Of a stretch of DNA of 64,000 nucleotides, positions 56,001 to 64,000 are shown piece after piece. Both the position numbers and the translations under genes were made by a program. Position 1 is the first letter of the stretch, and each line of letters begins with the position of its first letter. This stretch comes from Macrostomum lignano (Eukaryota): assembly GCA_002269645.1 (NCBI GenBank), contig NIVC01001475.1, positions 218,488 through 282,487 on the forward strand, given 5' to 3'. Below the pieces are notes generated by a model. It made no database searches. It was not told where the DNA came from and saw nothing but the letters and a program-made list of their open reading frames with translations.

Positions 56001-59000
56001 ACGGCACACTATACTCAGTGCATTCCGCACCCTATCCCAGAAATTCTGCACTTCATAAAACCTTGAACTCAAAAGGTACACCCTGAACCCATTGGTGTTT
56101 ATAAAAGTACACCCTGAACCTATTGGTGATTATAAAAGTACACCCTGAACCCAATGGTGATTATAAAAGTACACCATGAACCCATTGGTGATTATAAAAG
56201 TACACCATGAACCCATTGGTGATTATAAAAGTACACCCTGAACCCATTGGTGATTATAAAAGTACACCATGAACCCATTGGTGATTATAAAAGTACACCC
56301 TGAACCCATTGGTGATTATAAAAGTACACCCTGAACCCATTGGTGATTATAAAAGTACACCCTGAACCCATTCGTGATTATAAAAGTACACCCCGTCCTG
56401 CAGGACAAGAGCCTCCTCCACGTCAGCCAGCTCTGCCTGGTGGACCTCGCGGGCTCCGAGCGGTCGCTCCGCACGGGCAACGCGGGCAGCCGCCTGCGGG
56501 AGGCGTCCAACATCAACAACTCGCTGCTGGTGCTGAAGCGGTGCATCGAGGCTCTGAGGGAGAACCAGCGAGCTGTGAGCGCCGGGGGCGCCAACGCCGC
56601 CACTAAGATTGTCCCGTACCGTGAGAGCAAGATGACGCAGCTGTTTAAGAACTTCTTTGACGGTGACGGCTCCGTCAAGATGGTCCTCTGCGTCAACCGC
56701 AACGCCGAGGAGGTCGAGGAGACGGCGAACGTCCTGAAGTTCGCTGAGATGGCCTCCGAAGTGCAGGTGGGTGCTGACCTACTTCTGTCTTGTTTTTCCC
56801 ATCAATAACCTGTCATCTCCATCTAAGCTTATTCTGGTTCTCATTACTGATCCCCATCACTGATCCTCATTACTGATCCCCATCACTGATCCTCATCACT
56901 GATCCCCGTCACTGATCCCCTTCACTGATCCCCATCACTGATCCCCGTCACTGATCTCCGTCACTGATCCCCTTCACTGATCCCCATCACTGATCCCATC
57001 ACTGATCCCCATTACTGATCCTCATCCCTGATTTTCCTGATTGATCCCTATCACTTATCCCCACCACTGATCCCCATCACTTATCCCCACCACTGATCCC
57101 CATCACTGATCCCCACCACTGATCCCCATCACTTATCCCCATCTCTGATCCCCTTCACTGATCCCCATCACTTATCCCCATCTCTGATCCCCATCACTGA
57201 TCCCCATCACTTATTCCCGTCACTGATCCCCTTCACAGATCCCCACCACTGATCCCCATCACTTATCCCCACCACTGATCCCCATCACTGATCCCCACCA
57301 CTGATCCCCACCACTGATCCCCATCACTGATCCCCACCACTGATCCCCATCACTTATCCCCATCTCTGATCCCCTTCACTGATCCCCATCACTTATCCCC
57401 ATCTCTGATCCCCATCACTGATCCCCATCACTTATTCCCGTCACTGATCCCCTTCACAGATCCCCATCACTGATCCCATCACTGATCCCCATCACTTATC
57501 CCCATCTCTGATCCCCATCACTGATCCCCATCACTTATTCCCGTCACTGATCCCCATCACTGATCCTCATCGCTGATCCCCATCACTGATCCCCATCACT
57601 TATCCCCATCACTGATCCCCAACACTTATCCCCATCACTGATCCTCATCACTTATCCCCACCACTTATCCCCAACACTTATCCCCATCACTGATCCTCAT
57701 CGCTGATCCCCATCACTGATCCCCACCACTTATCCCCATCACTTATCCCCGTCACTGATCCCCATCACTTATTCCTGTCACTGATCCTCATCGCTGATCC
57801 TCATCGCTGATCCCCAACACTGATCCCCTTCACTTATCCTCATCGCTGATCCCCATCATAAGCCCATATTCCGCAATCCCCGCAGGTCGTCCGCTCCAAG
57901 GTGCCGCAGACGCCCCGCTGGCAGGCCGCAACGCCGCGCCCGCAGGTGCCGTCGGCGCCGCCATCGTCGTCGGAGTCGGCGGAGGACGGCAGCGGCGGCC
58001 GCATGTGGCAGTTCGACAGCATCCTGCCGGTGTCTCCGTCAGCGCCGGACTCGGCGACCGCGGCAGCTGGCGGCTCGCTGCGGGAGTCGCAGTGGGAGCT
58101 CTGGGAGCAGCGGGCGCGGCTCTTCAGGGCCGAGCTGGACGCCGCTTGGGACGGCGGCAGCGGCAGCGGCGACCTCCTCGAAGAGGTGCAGCGGCTGCAG
58201 GCGGCGCACCGGGCGGAGAAGGCGAGGCTGGAGAAGCGGCTGAGGAACGCAGAGATGCGGCTGTGCAAAGACAGGGCAGCTGCGGACACGGGGAAGAAAG
58301 AACTGCTGAGCAGACTGGAGGGCCAGGAGAACCAGCTGAGGAGGGAGCGGGCTGACAAGGAGAGGCTGCGAGACCAGTTCAAGTACCGCATGGTGAGCAC
58401 TGATGAAGCTGGGGATGCTGGGGCAGCAGTTCAAGTACCGCATGGTGAGCATTGATGAAGCTGGGGATGCTGGGGCAGCAGTTCAAGTACCGCATGGTGA
58501 GCACTGATGAAGCTGGGGATTGCTGGGCCAGCAGTTTAAGTACCGCATGGTGAGCACTGATGAAGCTGGGGATGCTGGGGCAGCAGTTTAAGTACCGCAT
58601 GGTGAGCACTGATGAAGCTGGGGATGCTGGGGCAGCAGTTTAAGTACCGCATGGTGAGCACTGATGAAGCTGGGGATGCTGGGGCAGCAGTTCAAGTACC
58701 GCATGGTGAGCACTGATGAAGCTGGGGATGCTGGGGCAGCAGTTCAAGTACCGCATGGTGAGCAATTGAAGCTGGAGATGCTGGGGCAGCAGTTCAAGTA
58801 CCGCATGGTGAGCAATTGAAGCTGGAGATGCTGGGGCAGCAGTTCAAGTACCGCATGGTGAGCATTGATGAAGCTGGAGATGCTGGGGCAGTAAAGATGA
58901 GGCACGGAGGATGCTGTGGCAACAGAGATGAGGCATGGAGGATGCTGGGGCAGCATAGATGAGGCATGGAGGATGCTGGGGCAGCAGAGATGAGGCATGG

Positions 59001-60671
59001 AGGATGCTGGGGCAGCATAGATGAGGCATGGAGGATGCTGGGGCAACAGAGATGAGGCTTAGAAGATGCTGGGGCAGCAGAGATGAGGCATGGAGGATGC
59101 TGGGGCAGCAGAGATGAGGCATGGAGGATGCTGGGGCAGCATAGATGAGGCATGGAGGATGATGGGGCAGCAGAGATGAGGCATGGAGGATGCCGTGGCA
59201 ACAGAGATGAGGCTTAGAAGATGCTGGGGCAGCAGAGATGAGGCTTGGAAGATGCTGGGGCAGCAGAGATAAGGCATGTGTGATGCAGCATCTCAAGCTC
59301 CACCCGCCCCTCCCTGCAGGACGCGGTGCAGAAGTCGGCGGTCCGCCCACGCCTCCGCCGCAGCCGCTCGCAGGAGCAGCTCAACGCCGATGCAGCCGCC
59401 GCGCCAACGCCGGGCCTCGTCAGCCGCCTGCGCTGCCGCTTCAGCCGGGCGCCAGCGGCCAGAAGGCGCCGCCGCCGCAGCCGCAAGAGCTGCCGCCGCC
59501 ACCATCGAATCCTCGTAGCCGAAGGTCCCGCAGCGCCGGGCAGCTGGTGGTGGACCACCACGCCAAGCACGAGACACCAGCGGCACTGTGCTGTGCGCCA
59601 AGGTGCCGGCAAGCGGAAATCCGTCACCAAACTGGAGGTTCGGGACATTCGCAAGGCCACGGACTATGTGCTGACGCACCAGACTGCCGACGGCAGCGGC
59701 GGCCTGCGCACTGAGGTGTACAAGGGCTCCGTCACCCCCACCGCTGGTGGAGGCTCCGCTGTGCGATTTAACGACATCGAAATGCTGTCTCAGGTGAGCT
59801 GTTTTAGCGTCCGTTGAATTCAAGCCAACCGTTGCGATCTAACTTGTGGCCATTTTTATGTGCGACCTTTGTGTCTAGAGACACTAGGGTCATTGTGTGA
59901 TCTCTGATTCTAGAGTTAGCGTGACCTTTCAGGTCTAGGGTCATTGCGTGACCTTTAAGTCTAGGGTCCTTGCGTGACCTTTTAGTCTAGGGTCATTGCG
60001 TGACCTTTTAGTCTAGGGTCATTGCATGACCTTTTAGTCCAGGGTAATTGCATGACCTTTTAGTCTAGGGTCATTGCGTGACCTTTTAGTCCAGGGTCAT
60101 TGCGTGACCTTTTAGTCTAGGGTCATTGCGTGACCTTTTAGTCTAGGGTTATTGCGTGACCTTTTAGTTTAGGGTCATTGCGTGACCTTTTAGTCTAGGG
60201 TCATTGCGTGACCTTTTAGTCTAGGGTCATTGCGTGACCTTTAGTCTAGGGTCATTGCGTGACCTTTTAGTCCATGGTCATTGCATGACCTTTTAGTCTA
60301 GGGTCATTGTATGTATCTTACTGTTTCTGTGTGATCCACATTGGAAAACTAGCCAAATATATTAGGCAAATATAGCAACTAATCTGAGCCCTGCTGTTCA
60401 ACCCCGCCAGATTTCGCCCACTCAGCTGGTCGCTGGCGACACGTCCTGGCTGTTAAGCAGCGCCGCGCGTCGTCGACGGGCCAGCATAGTCGGCGTAGCC
60501 GGCAGCGCCGGAAGCAGTGGCGGCCGGAAACGCCGAGCGGCTGCCATTGCTGGCAACGATGACGACGACAACGAAGGATGTCGGAGAACGCCGCAGCTGC
60601 CGCCGCCGACGCCGCATCTGGTTGGGTCGCCCGATGCGGCCAGTCTGACCTCGGAGGATGACGAGCTGTAA
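53085..60671 (+). CDS. KIF23: Kinesin-6 centralspindlin motor (KIF23/MKLP1/Pavarotti orthologue), ~844 aa
   Basis: join(53085..53254,53893..54259,54849..55241,56404..56766,57886..58392,59320..59793,60411..60671). Motifs: VEVFCRIKP, NGLLFTYGVTGSGKSFTM, kinesin-6 insert, VFVSYVEIYN, NAESSRSHSVF, DLAGSER, VPYRESKMTQLFKNFFDG, coiled coil, and C-terminal MKLP1 Arf6-binding-like YVLTHQ..YKG.V.PT.GGG..V.FNDIE.L.Q.SP. Part of exon 6 appears frame-shifted (see findings). Confidence 0.93.
53430..53845. repeat. 29-bp minisatellite, KIF23 intron 1
   Basis: CAGTAGAAATGCGCTAATTTTGCTACTGA units. Confidence 0.93.
54335..54825. repeat. 22-bp minisatellite, KIF23 intron 2
   Basis: GTCAGCAGCCTCACTCGCTTCT units. 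Confidence 0.94.
55223..56392. repeat. Two unrelated 31-bp minisatellites, KIF23 intron 3 (55223-55992 and 56075-56392)
   Basis: GCTGGGAGAGATGGTTCCGGTGAGTCACTAA about 24 times; TAAAAGTACACCCTGAACCCATTGGTGATTA about 10 times. Confidence 0.94.
56840..57856. repeat. 13-bp minisatellite, KIF23 intron 4
   Basis: ATCACTGATCCCC units. Confidence 0.94.
58376..59280. repeat. 52-bp array (58376-58890) grading into a related 31-bp array, KIF23 intron 5
   Basis: AGTTCAAGTACCGCATGGTGAGCACTGATGAAGCTGGGGATGCTGGGGCAGC about 10 times, then GAGATGAGGCATGGAGGATGCTGGGGCAGCA units. Confidence 0.94.
59920..60310. repeat. 26-bp minisatellite, KIF23 intron 6
   Basis: CTAGGGTCATTGCGTGACCTTTTAGT units. Confidence 0.93.
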
Positions 60672-63239
60672 TTTAATAACTGTAAATCAGTGGACTTGTT
60701 CTTTTTTCACTTATTTCTTGTGGTGATAAAAAATCTCGGGTTTGATTTCTTGGGATGATACAAAATCGTAGGTGAAATTTTATGAGGCGATAAAAATATC
60801 TGAGTTTTCTTAGAAAAGCTAAGTTTCAGTGGGATTTCTTTGAAAAGTCAAAAATTGAAAAAAATCGGGTGAGGTTTTTTATAAAAGTAAATAATATCGG
60901 TTAAGATTTCTTAGAAAAGTAAAAAAAAAATCGTGTGAGATTTCTTTATGGAATAATGAATCTCTGGTTAATTAAAGAGGAATGATAAATTACAGATAAC
61001 GCGTTTCTTAACAGTTGACTTACCATTTTAGTTTCTTTATTTATCAAACTTATTTGCAAGTTTAACTTATTAAATATTATCTCTAGTCTAGTCTTTGTGT
61101 TAAGGTTTATAATTAGCCATGCAGCTAACCTAAGTCGGCGTGAACGTGTAAAATGCCTGTATTATATAGTATAGAAAACTTTATCGTTTTTTCCGAATTT
61201 AAGGCTGTTCCCGCATGCTTCTATATTATAATTTATATTTCATATTGTATTTTAATTAGCAATGATCGCATGTAGCAATAATATTTTTATTTGCTTTTTA
61301 CATTATTTCACTTTTTTCAACTGCCAAAAATGCTCCACTTAGTAGGTGCTTTGCGTATCGCTCTACTAGCAGTAGTGCATGATTCATTTTTTATACTGGC
61401 TACTTAGACGTGTCAATTTTAGCATTTTCTTTGTTTTTTAAATTGGCCGACTATTTTTTATTAATTTTTATGACAATTGCACTTTATCATTATGTAATGT
61501 AATGCATATAATTATACTATTGTGCTCAGTCATAATGCACTTGCAGGCAGATACTATCTGCTTTATTTTTGCTGCTATTTTTGTTTAAACTAACACCAAT
61601 ATTTAGACGAAATTACAAAAAGGCTGCGGAATCTAAAGGCCAAAACTCTCTCATGCACATTTCGAATGCAACAGAAAGCTGTCACGTCACGGCTAAATAA
61701 TAAATTTGCGTCATCTGATGCCTGTAGGCTTGCTTTGTTTTTTATTTTAATAATAAATGTTTTAACATCAAAAATATGTACGAAGACATCAAGGAAAAAA
61801 GTTGACATTAATAACTCTTGCAATGCAAGCTAGATCTGCGGTGCCCAAAACCGACGGCTTAAGCTGAAAAGTACATCGTGAATAAATTATTATTTAAAAA
61901 CTCATTCTGAACTTCGATCGTTTCTCGGAATTTTTAAAGGCTCAAAAAACTCGGAATTAAATTTTAAATTAGATAATTTTTCCATCTAGTATCCTCTTTA
62001 TGTTTACACCCTTGGAACGTTTATTTTGTGGAATTATAGGAAAAATACGTTGAAAGATAAAATCAGAACTATAATCTACCGGTAGTAAAAATATTCGATT
62101 TTTAATTAGTCCAATTTTAGGGTTTAAGGTGACATTTTATGTAATTTTCGGATAACACGAGCCTACAAACTTTTCAATAAACACTCAGTAAGGAGTTGTG
62201 CCTTATTTATAATTTATTATTTTATAACGGAATAAAAAAGTCCCAAAACAAAAACAAAATATGTCGAATAAACAAGCATAAAAATTAAAATTATTAAACA
62301 AAATTGAAAGAATAATATACCAAACGGTGGTGACATAAAGGAATATTGATAAACACGTATATATGTATAATAGTAGTATAGGAAGAAATGCAACACGGAC
62401 ATAAAACAGAAAAGCCACAACACCGAAATCGGGATTAATTTCCGTAGAGATTTTTAGAAGTTTGTCTAAATGAAACCGAAAAAAGTTAAAATCTCTACTT
62501 TCAAGAACTAAATAAAATGACATCACAACTTAAAATGATGGGAAATTTAAAGCAGAAAAAATCGATCAGCTGTACTTCGGAATGCACTTTTAGAAAGATC
62601 ACAAAGTACATAGGATAATCCAGTTTTATAAAGTAAAGCTAAAACTAGGTGTCAGAATATTCAACTGACGAGTAACTGCTCAGCAAAAATTATGTTTATT
62701 AAAAGCACAATACAAAAACAAACAACGCAGAAGTACACAACTGTTAATTCGAATGCATTTGTTGTTCCAAATAAATAACAAAGGATAATTTTAGGAAATG
62801 TTTTTAATTTGATTATCAATAATTGGTTAAAATCGATTAACACAACCGTTAAGTCTCTCTGTTGGTAGTATTGATATAACACTGCAGAAATATAACTGGT
62901 TAATATATTGATAGCTAACAAGCTTAAACAGTACTGTACAGACTATTACAACAATTATTAAAACTATCATAAAATACAATAACTACAAAACTGAGCTTAG
63001 ATGTTAATGAGACAATAATTATAAATATCCATAAAACAATTCTTTATAGATGAAGAATTTCTGACTTAGCTGTTTTCGATAAACAACTTGCGAATATTGA
63101 GAATAATTAATTGACTCGCGGCTTTGACAATTGCATCAGACTCGACCGGCCACCTCGAATAGCAGAGTGAAAACTGCGCCTGTCATGAATGCATGGGTTC
63201 GATCGGAATTTATTATAGTGTACTTATTGTCTGCCGTCC

Positions 63240-64000
63240 CTGTCCTTCGCTCTTATCTGTCTGTCTCTGTCTGTGTCCCTCCCTTGTCTGTCTGTGTCTC
63301 TGTCTGTCTGTGTCCCTCTGTCTGTCTGTGCCCCCCTCTGTCTGTCTGTGTCCCTCTCTGTCTGTCTGTGCCCCCCTCTGTCTGTCTGTGTCCCTCTCTG
63401 TCTGTCTGTGCCCCCCTCTGTCTGTCTGTGTCCCTCTGTCTGTCTGTGTCCCTCTCTGTCTGTTCGTGTCCCTCTCTGTCTGTTCCTGTCCCTCTGTCTG
63501 TCCCTGTCCTCTCTGTCTGTCCCTGTCCCTCTCTGTCTGTTCCTGTCCCTCTCTGTCTGTTCCTGTCCCTCTCTGTCTGTTCCTGTCCCTCTCTGTCTGT
63601 TCCTGTCCCTCTGTCTGTCCCTGTCCTCTCTGTCTGTTCCTGTCCTCTGTCTGTCCTGTCCCTCTGTCTGTCCCTGTCCCTCTCTGTCTGTTCCTGTCCC
63701 TCTCTGTCTGTTCCTGTCCCTCTCTGTCTGTTCCTGTCCCTCTCTGTCTGTTCCTGTCCCTCTCTGTCTGTTCTGTCCTCTGTCTGTCTGTCCTCTCTGT
63801 CTGTTCTGTCGTCCTCTCTGTCTGTTCCTGTCCCTCTGTCTGTCCTGTCCCTCTCTGTCTGTTCCTGTCCCTCTCTGTCTGTTCCTGTCCCTCTCTGTCT
63901 GTTCCTGTCCCTCTGTCTGTCCCTGTCCCTCTCTGTCTGTTCCTGTCCCTCTGTCTGTCCCTGTCCCTCTCTGTCTGTTCCTGTCCCTGTCTGTCCTGTC
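63240..64000. repeat. Pyrimidine-rich (CTGT/CCCT) satellite running off the window end
   Basis: TGTCCCTCTCTGTCTGTTCC-like units. Confidence 0.93.

Noticed and set aside
61590-62921. Short AT-rich minus-strand ORFs after KIF23
   Set aside because: Their composition is low-complexity and hydrophobic, typical of AT-rich non-coding DNA, with no motifs or splice support.

Overview
Eukaryotic, invertebrate-animal DNA with GT-AG spliced genes. An innexin and RIOK3 indicate a metazoan. GC-rich exons and introns packed with micro/minisatellites resemble the flatworm Macrostomum lignano, but that is inference only. Bases 1-8.2 kb are a transposon cluster: a Crypton/DUF3504-type tyrosine-recombinase ORF, an internally deleted Tc1, a Harbinger-like MITE carrying a nested long-TIR FLYWCH element, a dead RTE-like RT fragment and further inverted-repeat elements. 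The cluster is strongly enriched in the 8-mer GTCTATGG/CCATAGAC. Six protein-coding genes can be assembled with in-phase splice sites: an orphan single-pass mucin-like protein (+), a 1345-aa PTS-EGF-SEA-EGF-EGF-TM mucin (-), an innexin with 3 Cys per extracellular loop (+), AK3 (-), RIOK3 (-) and KIF23/MKLP1 (+). A candidate 42-aa transmembrane microprotein (-) lies below the ORF-track cutoff. Almost every intron holds its own satellite, and two KIF23 arrays are tandem copies of the exon end plus splice donor. The conserved KIF23 RRSRSAG motif is out of frame with its open reading frame. Most very long ORFs in the supplied track are repeat artefacts.
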